A stretch of 64,000 bases of DNA. Source: Cyanophora paradoxa CCMP329. Its lineage: Eukaryota; Plantae; Glaucophyta. This document shows positions 36,120-47,899 of the stretch, in pieces (the stretch's first letter is position 1; each line of letters opens with the position of its first letter). The DNA lies in the NCBI GenBank assembly GCA_004431415.1, contig QPMI01000260.1, positions 1 to 64,000 of the forward strand. Direction: 5' to 3'. Below the pieces are notes generated by a model. That model made no database searches. It was not told the DNA's origin and was given only the letters and a program-made list of their open reading frames with translations. The translations under genes were made by a program, and so were the position numbers.

Positions 36120-39100
36120 TCATCTGCTGAGCATCGGTCCCACGTTCTTCAGCTTCAACTTGACGCGCCCCGCGCTCCCGCTGGCGGACGTTGCAGCCGC
36201 TGGGGCACTCGCTAGTACCCCGAGGGAGGATGAGGAGGAGGAAGTGGGAAGGCCCTGCACGGGGCCGCCAGAGGGGGGCGAGATGGTAAGGACTTGAAAG
36301 CCCGCTCCACGCCCTGACATGGGGCCGGACGACTGCCTGCGGAGGGCTCGCCCGATGGCGAGCAGTGCGCATTGCGCGCGCACCCGAGTATGTGAGGGAA
36401 ATGGATGGAGGAGGGCGGGCCGGGAGGCCGCGGTGGGGCAGGCAGGCTCGCAGATACCCCCGAGTTTCGACGCCTGCCGCCAGTGAGAACGACGCAAACG
36501 GCGGCGTCGAAGGGGGCACACGGTCTCGAGGGGCTCACGCGCGATGCACGCCGCCGGTCCGGCGACCGTGCCCGCGGCTGCTCTGGGCGAACGGGCTGGC
36601 CCGGTGGAGAAGGGGCGGCGCTGGGGGTGGGTCGGGCGGAGGGGGTCGCGGAGGGCGGGGCGGGTGGCTGGGTGGGCGGCAGCGGGGCGAGGCCGTATGT
36701 GGCCTCGAATTCGCGCAAGAGCTCCTCGAGGCGCGGCGTCGGCGGCTCAATGAATTCGAGAAGAGCCCCGCAAAAGTGCCGCCCCACCTCCGCCAGGTGG
36801 TCCACGTTGAAGTGCATGCGCACACGCGGGCCCGCCCCCGCCCCGCCCGCCCCCGTCGCGGGCACCCGCACCGACGGCGCCGTCGACGGTCGCGCCCCAA
36901 CGTCCTGCAAGCCTTCAGGACGCGTAGCCGAAGGAGTAGCGGGGGCGCGGCGCGCACGCGGGCCGCTGCGTACGGAGGCCGGGGCGCGGGCTGGGGCGCC
37001 TCAAGGTCTGCCCCACAGAAGGATGCCTCCAGCGTGTAGCAGGGGCGGAGACCTGCGGTGCACGATCGGCGGGAGGAGGGAGGGGGGCCGCGCGGACGGA
37101 GGTTGCGGACCCAGCTCGCGCCAAAGGGCGACCCGGGCAGTGGACGCCTTCGACTTCTGCACGCGAAAGCAGCAGAGCTCGAGGCTGAAAAGGTGCGGGG
37201 CCCGGTCGCGCAGCATTCGGGGGAAGAGGCGCTGCGACAGCATCTCATGCCGCGCTTGCAGGGCTGTGAGGCACTCCGCGCTTTCCCCGTCCCCGTCGCC
37301 AGCGCCCTCCGACGGCCCCGTCCCGGGTGCGCCCGGCCCGCCTCCCTTGTCCGGCTTTCCCCCCCGGCCCGGCCTCCCGCGCTTTGCGCGGGCCTTGACA
37401 GAGCCGGCGACGGCGCCCTTGCCCTTGGCGCTCTTGCTCGAGGACTTCTCGGACGGAGCCGCCTTGGCCTGGGGGCCGTCCCCCGCAGGTCCCTCCTCGT
37501 CGCTCTCCCCCTCGCCCACTGCGCTCGCCGTCACGGAGCCTGAAAGCAGAGGACGAGGGGGAGGGGCGCGCCGCCGGTGGGGTCCTTGGACGCGAGGTTG
37601 CAGCAGCCATACATGAAGACGTTTTTGCGGCGCGAGTGCCCTGCGCCGCCCTCGCCCGCGCACAGGGCGACAGGAGGCGGGCCGGGGACCGTGGAAGTCG
37701 CAAAAGAAGAAGACGCCGCGGCCCGGTCTGCCGGGCCCGCGCTCCTCATGCAGGCGCCGGACGAGCTCCTTGCAGTGGAAGATCTGCGGCGCAGGTCAGC
37801 GGTGCGACACAGGGGGCCCCCGCGGGGCGGACCGTCGGCTCGCGGAGGGCGCTGGGCTTCGTCCACTGGCGGTTGAGGTCGACGCCCGTGAGACTCGTGC
37901 TGCGCGCCGTCAGGCCGGCGTGCGGCAAGCCGCGCGCGCCCTGCACCGGTAGTTGCCGGCGACGACGCCGTCGGGGTTGAGCATGGGCACCACCTGCGGG
38001 ACGGTGAGGCGCGAGCGGCAAGGCCATGCCTCTCATCCCCGCACCTTGAAGACCACCGTATCCCGCAGTCGCTGCGCCTCGGCGCTATTCCCTGTGAGGA
38101 AGTCCAGCACGCCTGCGGCGGGCTTCGGCCCCTGGCGCGCGAGGCGGCGCGTGCGGCGCAGCGGGGCGCGTGTGGCTCGCCCTTCATGATCCAGCTCGCG
38201 TTGCTCTCGCCGGGGTGCACCCGGGCTGTGAGCACGGCCACGCGGCGCTGCGCTACCGCCTCCGCGTCCCCGGGGCTCGTGATCGTAAGCAGGTCGCACG
38301 GCCTCCCCGCGTTCGTATAGCAGAGGACCTGACGCCGGAGGAAAGTCCGCACGCGGGGGTCCACCTGCGGCCGCGTCGTCCCAGGGGCGCGTACGCGAGG
38401 CGAGGCCGCGGGGCAGGGTCGGACTGTGATGGCGCCGAGGTGGCGCTGCAGGTCGGTGAAGGTGTACGGGTAGTGGTACGCGATGTAGTAGAGCGCGCCC
38501 TCCTCCGACGCACGATGGAACTGCGCTGGCCGTCGCGCCGCGGCGGGACGAAGTTAGGCGCAGCCGGCGGGCCTGCAGGGAGAAGGTGAGGGTGTAGTAA
38601 GGCATTGGCGCCGTCGAGGCCTTTGCTTTCGCAGCGCCTTTGCGCCCCGCAGCCCCGCCCACCACGTCCACCTGCGGCCCACTTGCACGACGCTCTCTCA
38701 AGGCCCGGCGCAGCGCGAACCTGTCGCGTGTGCTGGTTTGGGTAGTAGCAAATGCGAGTGCCGGCACGGACCCAGCCGACGCCGCGCGAGGCAGCATCAA
38801 GGGTCGAGTACATCAATGGCCTCATGCCGAAGTTGAACTGGCTGTTCGGCTGCCGGCGGTCTCACGGGCGTGGCGCGACGACGGTCTCGGGTACGCGGCG
38901 ACGCGGAACCTTTTCGAGGTTGATGATGTTGAACTTGTAGGCAGCCGGGGGGGGGAGGGCGCCCGCCACGACGGCGAAGTAGAACCACTGCGTGTGGCCC
39001 TTGGAGGCGACGTCCACCTCGAGGGTCAGGTCGTACTCCCTGTCCCCGACGCGCACCGCCGCCCGCAGGTTCCCGCTCTCGAAGCGCGACTCGAACTCTG

Positions 39101-42100
39101 CCGCCCCCTCGCGCCCCGCCCCCTGCCCGCGCTTCGCCCCTTGCGCACCGAGCTGCGGCGAGGTCCACTGGCGCCCGACGGAGGAGGCCACCCTCGGCGT
39201 CCCGCGGCCCGTCGAGCCGTTGGGCGCGCCAGGCGCTGGCGTGGCGCCAGCCGCGACAGCGCTGGGGGGCGGGCGCGCGAGATCTGGCGAGGTGCGCCCG
39301 GGAGCCGACACCTGCGGGACAGCGTGAGCAAGCAGCTCGAGGGGCCGGAGAGGTGGCGGGGCGGCGCCTGCGCGGGGGAACAGGCGGGGTGGCTGCGGAG
39401 CGCGTCGTAGACGAGGGCGTCGGGCGGCCCCGCGGCGGCCCAGCGCTCCACGTCGTGAATCATCATCTCGTGCACGAGGGGCCCCTCCACCGCCGTCCCC
39501 AGCGGCTCCTCGCCCAGCTGCCCCGCGTCGGCCCCGGCCCCGCCCGCGCTCCCGCTCCGCGCACCGCAGGGTGGTGCGAGAGCAGCAGGTCGGCGTGCAC
39601 GCCAAGGGGCGGCGCGCGCGTCTGCGGAGCGGCGGTCCCCGCGGCGGCCGCGGGAGGTAGCGCGGGGAAGGCGATGTCGGCACGGGCGGCGGCGGGGGCG
39701 TCGGGCGCGCTGTCGTCCGAGTCGCTGCCGCCGAGGGACTCGGCGCCCCACTGGGTCGGGCTCGCGGCCGGCCCCCGCTTACGCTCGCGCGCTGCCGCGA
39801 GGGCCGCCCCGCAGCCGTCGACGAGGCCGACGCCGGCCGCGGCGCCTGCGGCGAGGCCGCCCCCGAGGGCGACGGCAGAGGCGACACGGGTGCCGACGCA
39901 GCCGTCGGCATCGGCCGCGGCACGGGGCGCGGCGGCCGCCGAAAGCTGCCCGAGCTGCTCGGCTGCGAAGGAATAGAGAGGGGAGACTGGCCGCGCGAGG
40001 AGGGGCCTTCCTCCCCCCCGTCCTCCGCGCGGCTCGCCTCCTCCTCGTCCCCCTCGCCGGCCTCTCCCTCTGCAACCTCGACCTCCTCGGGCCCCTCCGT
40101 TGGCCCCTCCGCCTCTCCTCCAGCGTCGTCGGCACCCGGCGGCACAGGCGACGGCGTAAGCGCCGGCACGTGCTCGCTCGCTGCGCGAAATCCATCGCTC
40201 AGAGGGGCCGCGCGATGTGCCGGGACATCGGCTCGCACGTGTCGGGGAAGGAGCCGCCGCGCCGACCCCGGGCCCGCTCCAGTAGGCACGGCAGGCCGGA
40301 GAATCGCGGCAGAGCTCAGGGAACTCTGCGCCGCATCTGCCCGGGGTTCGGAGTGGGGCGCGGGCTGCAGCGAGAAGGGCGCACGAGGTGCATCGGCAAA
40401 GGGACCAGAGGCGCGCCGGCGGGTAGCAGCGCTCCAGCGCCGCCTGCCGCGCCGCCTCGCCCATCAGCGCCTCGCCATCGCCCTCCGCCTCCGCCGGCGC
40501 TGCGCGACGTCACTCGCGCGCCAGGGAGGCGCGCTCGGGCGGGCAGACGGTCGGCGGGGAGGCCGGCGGTGCGCTCGCGGAGGAAGTCTTGGAAGCAGTA
40601 GTACGAGCGGGCGTAGTTGGAGTTGAAGCTGAGGTCCCCGGGCTGCATCCCGCCCCCGTACATCGGGCCCGCCCCGGGCGCCGCCCCCGCTGCGCCCCGA
40701 CCGTCAGGCCAGCCAAGCTTAAAAGCAGGCTGCGCCGCTCACGCGGGGGAGGCGGGTAGGGGTTCTCCTGGCGGGGCCGGAGGACCCAGAGGAGGCGGAA
40801 AGCGGACTTGAGGATGTCGGGGTGGTTCTGCGGAGGGCTCGCGAGCGAGTGCAGCGGGGCGGGCGCGACTGGCGAGGAGGCACGCCTGGAAGTGGAGGAG
40901 CACGGCGGCGCGCACGGCCTCGAAGGCCCCCGCCTGACGCACCATCCCCGCGAACGAATCCCCTGCCAGGGCCACCCCCTGTCGCGCGCTCGGCCCTCCG
41001 GTCGCACGCCAGGGCGGGGTCGTGCCGGCACCTTGAGGGCGGCTATTGCGGAGCGGCAGATGTCGGAACGGGTGTTGTGCGCCTTGAGGATGTGGAGCAC
41101 GAGGCCCCAGCCTTCCTCCCTTACAAACGCCACCACGCTCGTCGCCGCTGCACGTCTGTGAGCACCGTGGCAACCCCGGCACGACAGAAGGAAAAAAAGA
41201 AAACGACGCGCACATGCTTCGACCAGCCGCGCCAGCGCGGCGAGCGCGGGGGCCAGAAGCAGCAGCTTCGTTGAATGGGCGTATATGGCAGCAAGGAGCG
41301 CGCTGACCGTCCCTTCCTTGGACGCAACGGAGACGTTTCCGTCTGCAGGCGGCGTCAGCGACACGCCGCCGCCGGGCGGGCGGGAACGCGCCATTGCGGA
41401 GAAGGACGCAGAGGAGATCGGCCGCGGCAGAGGCGAGATCGACATCGTAGACGTATGCTTTCAGCGCAGAGATCACAACACTGAGCACACCCTCGAGGCG
41501 CGCCGTAACCGCCAGGGCACGATCTGAGCCCCGCGTCAAGTGCGCAGCCGTCGCCGCGCTGCTGTTGCCCACCGGCCCGCGAGAGGACGAGCACAGCGTT
41601 GAAAGACACCGCCAGCAGGTGCGGCTGGGTTTGGTTCACGTTGATGACACTGTAGAGGCTCTTGACGGCCCCCTCCTTTAAAACTTGCGTAGCTGCGGTG
41701 TCTTCGGCGGGGCGCGACGAGAGACGAGAACAGCACTGCAATGCACCGTGGCTTTTCGCGAGGTTCAGGAGCGTTGTGATTGCCCAGGACATGAGCTCGA
41801 CGTCCGCAGCCGCATGCAACGACATCGCTGCCAGGAGCGTGCCTACTACGCCTTCGCGTATCTGCGAGGTAAAGCCCTCAGCCTGTGCTCGCAAGGCGCC
41901 AGCGCGGCGCTCTGACCATGGGTCCGCGGTTCTCCTCTGTGCAGCCGCGCCGAACGAGCCGGTCAGCGCCACGTAAACACTACTCGGAGCGCAGGCTGGT
42001 GCGTGAGTTGCCGAGAACGCACCGTCCTGGCTCAGTTGGGCGAGGCTGCGGAAGGCCTGGCGAAGAGACTCCAAATCGTCCGCCGACCCGGCGCCCCGCC

Positions 42101-42211
42101 CCGCCAGGCTGTTGAACGCGCGTTAGCTTGTTAGCTAATGTTGAACGCGCTCGTTAGCTAGCTAGCACCGATAACAGCGGTGCCTGCTCACCTCGCCACC
42201 TCAAGCTCCAT
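36120..42211 (-). CDS. Cytosolic carboxypeptidase (M14D, CCP1/Nna1-like tubulin deglutamylase) with N-terminal ARM-like repeats
   Basis: Motifs [60 protein letters not shown]…NVFMYGC and YTLEASFCG. Ends approximate. Confidence 0.88.
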
Positions 42212-42401
42212 AGCTGGGGCCTGCACGCTACCGCATGCAACGCGCGTGTAGAAGGCCTCGCTACCTCGGGGGCTCCATCACCGATTCACGTACCCCTTGC
42301 AAAAACAAAAAGAAAGTCTCGCCTCGCCGCCCCGCTACAGATCATAAGCCTCGCTCAACCGCCAGCCGGTGAAGGACCAGCACAGGTCGCAGCCGACCGC
42401 C

Positions 42402-42915
42402 ATGCTCCTCGAGCCAGACTCCTTCCTGAACGAGCTTACAAAGCTATTCACAAAGTGCAAGACAGTTGGGAGCGTGTACATTACAGTAAAGCGATGTGCG
42501 TCTCGCGCGCCGCGCCTGGCACCGCGACGGTGGGCAAGGTCTCACGACGAAGCCGCAGTCACCGGCCCGCCGAGCGGTCGCAAGGATAAGCAAGACAAGA
42601 AAGGCGCGGTTGCGGGCGAGGAAAAGTGCTTGCTGCGGGCAACCGATGGCAAGCGCATTAAGCTCTCCACCGTGGTGCGCTCGATCGCAAGTGCCGCGAT
42701 GTGTGAATCCCCCGCGCGACCGCATTGTGGACCAGGTGCCCCGCGCGTGAGCTGACGCTGGATTCGCACAGATCGCGCACAAGGACCACGTGCGCTTCCA
42801 GATGGCATTCGCTACGATCCTCAAGGTTCAAATGGACGCGCTGAAGAAGAAGGAGAAGAATGTCAAGAAGGCACCGGCGCCCGTAAAGAAGAAGGCTGCG
42901 GAGCCCTCCGCTTAG
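42402..42915 (+). CDS. SRP14: Signal recognition particle 14 kDa protein
   Basis: Motifs MLLEPDSFLNELTKLF…GSVYITVKR, CLLRATDGK…KLSTV and MDALKKKEK. Confidence 0.93.
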
Positions 42916-43186
42916 CTATTCTGCCCCCCTGCCTTCACTGACCCGCTTGACTGCCCCTAGGCCTGCATTTTGACGAAACACGCGCTGTCAGCTAGCTGTT
43001 TGACTGACAGTGTTCACGGAAGACATCGGGGTAGTACTGCTCATGCCATGACTCGATGATGATGCCCCCGCGGCCGCGCGCGCAATCCGCAATCTAAAAT
43101 TTTGCCGCAATCTTCAGTAAGCTTGAAATTTTGCCGCAATCTATAGCTATTTTGTCGAGGCACGCGAGGACAACTAGCTAGCTATT

Positions 43187-45094
43187 TCAACTGGATACAG
43201 CACCCTTCTTCCGGGCAGCACTTTCCGCGTGACTTTTCTTGGCCTTCTCGAGGAGCGGCAACAGCTGTTTTTTCTCTGCCAAGATTTTGAGAAACTCGCA
43301 CACGAACCTGGCGCGCGGAGGAGAGCAAAATTCAGAGAGCGACGTGGTGCGGTGGGCGCGGGCACGTCCGCACGGGATGTAGTTGTGGCGGCGGCGCATG
43401 TTCTCTATCTGCAGGGCGGTGAGCGAGGGGGCGCAGAAAAGCACAGGCTGGGACCGCGCCTTCCAGGCCTTGTACTTCTCGTCCTCGGCCTGGACGGTGG
43501 CGAGCAGCTGCCCCGCCCGGTCCTCCAGCTGCAGCATCTGCGACTGCACCTGCGCTCCGCTCGCGCTCTCTCGCCGCCGGCGTCCGGGGCGGGCCGCGCA
43601 CCTCGTCGCCCCCGATGCGCTCGATCTCAGTAACCTGCGCGTGCACCTCCCCGCTGGTGTCCGGCCCGCCCTCCGGCTCTGAGTCCCCCGCTGATGAGAT
43701 GGTGCGAGACGGCGGGAAAGCGAACGGGACGCGCCGACGCAGGCGGCGGGATCGACCGGGAGGCCAAGGGCCATGAGGCGGCGGGCGGCAGCGGCGCGAA
43801 GGGTGAGGACGCGCTTGAGCTCCTGCTGGGCGGCGTCCTTGCGGTTCCTTGTACGGGGGGTCATCCTTGCTACGAGCTACTGCATCAGGGGCGTGGCAGA
43901 CCTCACGAGGGCTAGTAGATTGAAGCGGATTTCGCTCGACGCGTATCTGCCCCGCGTCATGCCACGCTCCGCCCTATTGCGGCGCCCCGCGCACCGTTCG
44001 ATGCGGGCCTGAATCACCGGCGCCACCTTTTGCAGCCAGTCGTCCTTCGTGCAGGGGCCGAGATCGATTGGGCCAGGCTTCAGCCCATCGAGCTCGTACA
44101 GAACCCCGTTCACGGGCACGTAGCTGGCGCGAGTTCGGGAGCTGCCCCGTGGGGCGAGGCGCGAGGTCGCACCTAATGAAGTGGTACACGTCGTCATCCT
44201 TCGTCGCTTTCTTGTCCTCCTCGATGACGAACGGCTCAGGGCTGCCAGCGCATGAGAGGTCCCTCGCGGACGCGCAGCGAGCTGAACGCAGTACCGAGCG
44301 AAGCTATTGTGAACAGTGCGAATCGTCTCGCTGTTGCTAATAGCCAGGCCCTTCATCTGTGGCAGCGATGCTCAGCTGCGATCCCCGAAGGGCGGGCGGC
44401 TTGGTCCCTCGGGCTTGCCTCGGGGTCGAACTCTTTGGTGAAGTTTCTGAACTCGTTAAGCTCACTCCCTAGCTCGATTTCTTGGCAGTTCATCACGATA
44501 GACAAAAGGGCTTGCGTCGCGCAGGCGTTGTTGATGATCTGCGCTTCCGTCACTTAAGGCCTACCCGAGCCCAACGAGTCCCCTGGACCTGGTTAGCGAA
44601 AAACAAGCCCTCGCGCGGCTCCTTCACGACTGGTCTGTCGTCCTTCTCGTGCCGCCACTGCGCGGCATCTGAGGAAACTGCCGGCACACGGAAGGCGGCG
44701 AATGGCTCGGACCTTGAACAGAAAGCAGAGCCTGCGCGCAGAGGAGCATGAGCAGCCAACGTCAGCTACAGCTCGCGCCGCGCAGAAAGCGCGAGCAAGC
44801 TCCGCTCACCCGAACACCGGCCTGCGGGGTCGATTCATCAGCAAGCGGCACGTACGCGGCTCGGGCGGTTCGCACTGGAGCTCGCGCATCATGTCCGCGT
44901 CCAGGCTGTAGATTTCCTCCATCTGCACGCCACGAACGCCGATTCGCGCCAGTAGCTCCGTGAAGACACCGGGGTCGGACTCGATGGTGCACCTGGCGCG
45001 ATGGCTCGCTAAACGACGCCCAGCGGCGTTCACGCGCGTCTATAAGAGGGGCGCTTGCGATTGCCGTATTGCACCAGTTCATGGAATTCGCCAT
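43187..45094 (-). CDS. UCHL5: Ubiquitin C-terminal hydrolase UCH37/UCHL5
   Basis: Motifs [51 protein letters not shown] and [11 protein letters not shown]. Confidence 0.94.
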
Positions 45095-45202
45095 CCTCTC
45101 GCTCTCTTCGCTCTTTTGTAACGTCTGACTCGCCGTCGACAGATCGACTCGTTTGTTCGACTCGACGTCGGACTCGACGACTCGTCGGACTCGACGACTC
45201 GT

Positions 45203-45844
45203 TAGGGATGTGCCTTGGTACCCCTCCGGTCCTTGGCAAGGTGACCTTGACCGCCCTCTGTCCTTGGCAAGGTTCCCTTAAGGTCCTGCCATACAAACTT
45301 TCCGCCATACAAATCGTGTTATGAAATCAAAATCTACTTGACCTAAGCTGCAAAACTGCATCTTACACAGCTCGTTTTTTTTACCGGTCGACCCAACACG
45401 GTCAAAAATCGGTTAAGGCGAAATCGCTCCTCGGGTATTTGGAATTCCCCGGCTTTAGCTAGTGCAATCTACCCGCTAGCTTGACGGCTACAAGCTGCTG
45501 CGAGGAGACTAGCCGTTCTGCGGCGGGTGAAAAGTTATCGCGATCGCCGGCTACCCTTGCCCATACAACGGGCATGTCGAGTCGATTAGGAAAAAAAACG
45601 AGCTGTGTTACACTCGAGCTAAGCAAGTCGGTAACGTCGATTTGTTCAAATAGAGCTGTTTTCCACCAATCCGGTCATAGTTGCACCCGCACGGGTACGC
45701 GGTGTAGGGGGTCTCCCATACAAAAGTTTTGTATGGCCGGACCTTGCCCTTGCCTTGAGCCACCTTGTTGCCTTGGCAAGGTAACCTTAAACGCCCGAAA
45801 ACGCACCTTAAACGCAAGGTGGTTCCTTGCAAGGGACATCCCTA
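45203..45844. mobile_element. Non-autonomous hAT-type MITE (642 bp)
   Basis: TIRs TAGGGATGTGCCTTG / TAGGGATGTCCCTTG (14/15 match). Perfect 8-bp TSD CGACTCGT at 45195-45202 and 45845-45852. Subterminal CCTTG/CAAGG and CCATACAAA repeats. Confidence 0.92.
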
Positions 45845-45879
45845 CGACTCGTCCACGCGGGGGTAGAGGAGTTTCGATA

Positions 45880-47598
45880 ATGGAAGCGCTGGGCGCTGAG
45901 TACGCAGCGCCGTCTCCGGAACCGCCGAGCGCATCTGCACAGGCCGCACAGCAGTTTTCCATCCCGATCAAGAGGATCAATGCGAAGACGGACCTCGCGC
46001 GCTGGCAGCGCTCCAAAGCGTACCGCTATTTCATTGAATTCGTGCTCGGCTGCAATGAGAGCGTGAAGCGCAAGTTCGTCTCCGACCCGTGCCACATCTC
46101 GCCGGTCCTCGCCCTCGCCGCGCGTGGAAGCAGCGCTGAGCTCGTAGGCAGGTCGTTCAGAGCATTCTCGATACGCTCGGCGCGCTCGACGCCTGGATTG
46201 ACGAGACGCCGCCGGAGACAAACCCGCAGCGGTACGGCAACAAGGCGTTCCGTGTCTGGCTCAAGCGTGTCGTCGAGGTGCGCTCTGTCTGTCGTTTTCG
46301 CAGCACCTGCATGACCGGCGCTCTTCGCAGAACATGGTTCAGCACATGCAGTCCATCCTGCCCGAGTCGTTGCGTGGGGCTGCCGCGGAGCTCGCGCCGT
46401 ACTGGGCGGACTCGTTCGGCAACATGGTGCGCATCGACTACGGGACTGGCCACGAGGCGGCGTTCGTCGCGTGGATGGCCTGCCTGCACCGCCTGGGCGC
46501 ACTCAAAGATGAGGACCGCCAGGCCGCTGTCCTGCGCGTCTTCGCGCGGTGCGGCGCCCCGCACGCGCCGGCGCGGCGCGCGGTTGAGGGGCATGCAGGT
46601 ACCTACGCTTGATGCGGCGGCTGCAGACGACGTACTGGCTGGAGCCGGCGGGCTCGCACGGCGTCTGGGGACTGGACGACTACCACTTCCTCCCCTTCCT
46701 GTGGGGCGCGGCGCAGATGGTGGACCACGCGCGGCTGAAGCCGAGCGCGGTGACGCGGGCGGAGGCGGTGGAGGCGATGGCTGGGGAGTGTCTTTACTTC
46801 GAGGGCGTCGCCTTCATCCGCCGCGTCAAGCGGGGCCACTTCGGCGAGCACTCGCCCATCCTCCACGACATCTCCGCCGTGCCCCTCTGGTCCAAGGCCC
46901 GCCCCGCCGCCCCCTTCCCCCTCCCCGCCCGACGCCCCGCAGGTCAACACGGGCCTCATCAAGATGTACCACGTGGAGGTGCCCGGGCCGGCGGCCGCGG
47001 CGCCTTGGTCTGACGCGGGCGACAGGTGCTCGGCAAGTTCCCCGTCATCCAGCACTTCCTCTTCGGGTCGCTGCTGCCCTTCGAGGAGGACCCTGCTTCC
47101 CAGGAGCACGCGCACGCCGGGGCGCACGCGCACCATCCCCCGCACGCCTTCCACGTCCACGCCCCGCACGCCCACCCGCTTCCCCGCACCCACGACCCCC
47201 ACCCCTCTTCCTCCGCGCCCCGCGCTCACACCCCGGCCAACCCTGCATCTTCCCCCGCCGCCTCACATTCCGGCTGCCCCGCCGCCTGCCCGGCGGAACC
47301 CCCCGCTCCAGAGCGCGCACTCGTTCCGCCGCACGCCGCCCCTGCGCATGCACCCTCGCCAGCCCACTCCTCCACCCCGTCCGATCCTCCTGGCCCTGCC
47401 CCTTCGAGCGTGCCGCCATCCTCCTCGGCCTCCGGAGAGCCGCCTAGAGCTGCGGGTCTCCCTCTCGCCCCCAGCCTGCTCTCATCCACCCCATCACACC
47501 CCCACTCGGGCGCTCCGCTGCTCGCCCCGGCTTCTGATGAAACTCCCAGCACAGCCCCTTTCCCAGCCGCGGCGGCCGCCTGCAGCTCGAGTAGTTGA
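45880..47598 (+). CDS. PTPA: PP2A activator (PTPA/RRD)
   Basis: Motifs QRYGNKAFR, SFGNMVRIDYGTGHEAAF, YWLEPAGSHGVWGLDDYHFLPFLWG and EVLGKFPVIQHFLFGSLL. Confidence 0.95.
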
Positions 47599-47745
47599 TC
47601 TCCCTCGATCGCGAGCGCCACCTTGACGTTGTTTACTTCGAAAATTCGGATCCTGATCGCGAGTGCCCCAGCGCCGCCTCAGGCCTCCTGACGCGATGCG
47701 GCGCCACCCTTCGAATTCGAGAGCGGGGGGGGGCCCGGGGGATCT

Positions 47746-47899
47746 GTATGGTTAGGATATCATCATGCTCTTTCTACGCTACGGGCGCGCCGGACCTCCT
47801 ACCTACAGCGCTTTAACTGTACCCGTGCTGTTAGGGATAGAGCGTAACCCGCAGGGACTGGTGCCCTGATGGAAAAAAGGGGATGGGAGCCGAGCCTAG
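47746..47899 (-). ncRNA. Putative Fanzor omegaRNA scaffold (copy 1); predicted guide from the flank TGATGATATCCTAACCATAC
   Basis: 134 nt between the Fanzor stop and the conserved element end at 47766; identical in the second copy. Confidence 0.62.

Noticed and set aside
36200-41500. Many long overlapping Arg/Pro/Gly-rich ORFs on both strands
   Set aside because: They are expected from very high GC; the region is explained by the spliced carboxypeptidase gene.
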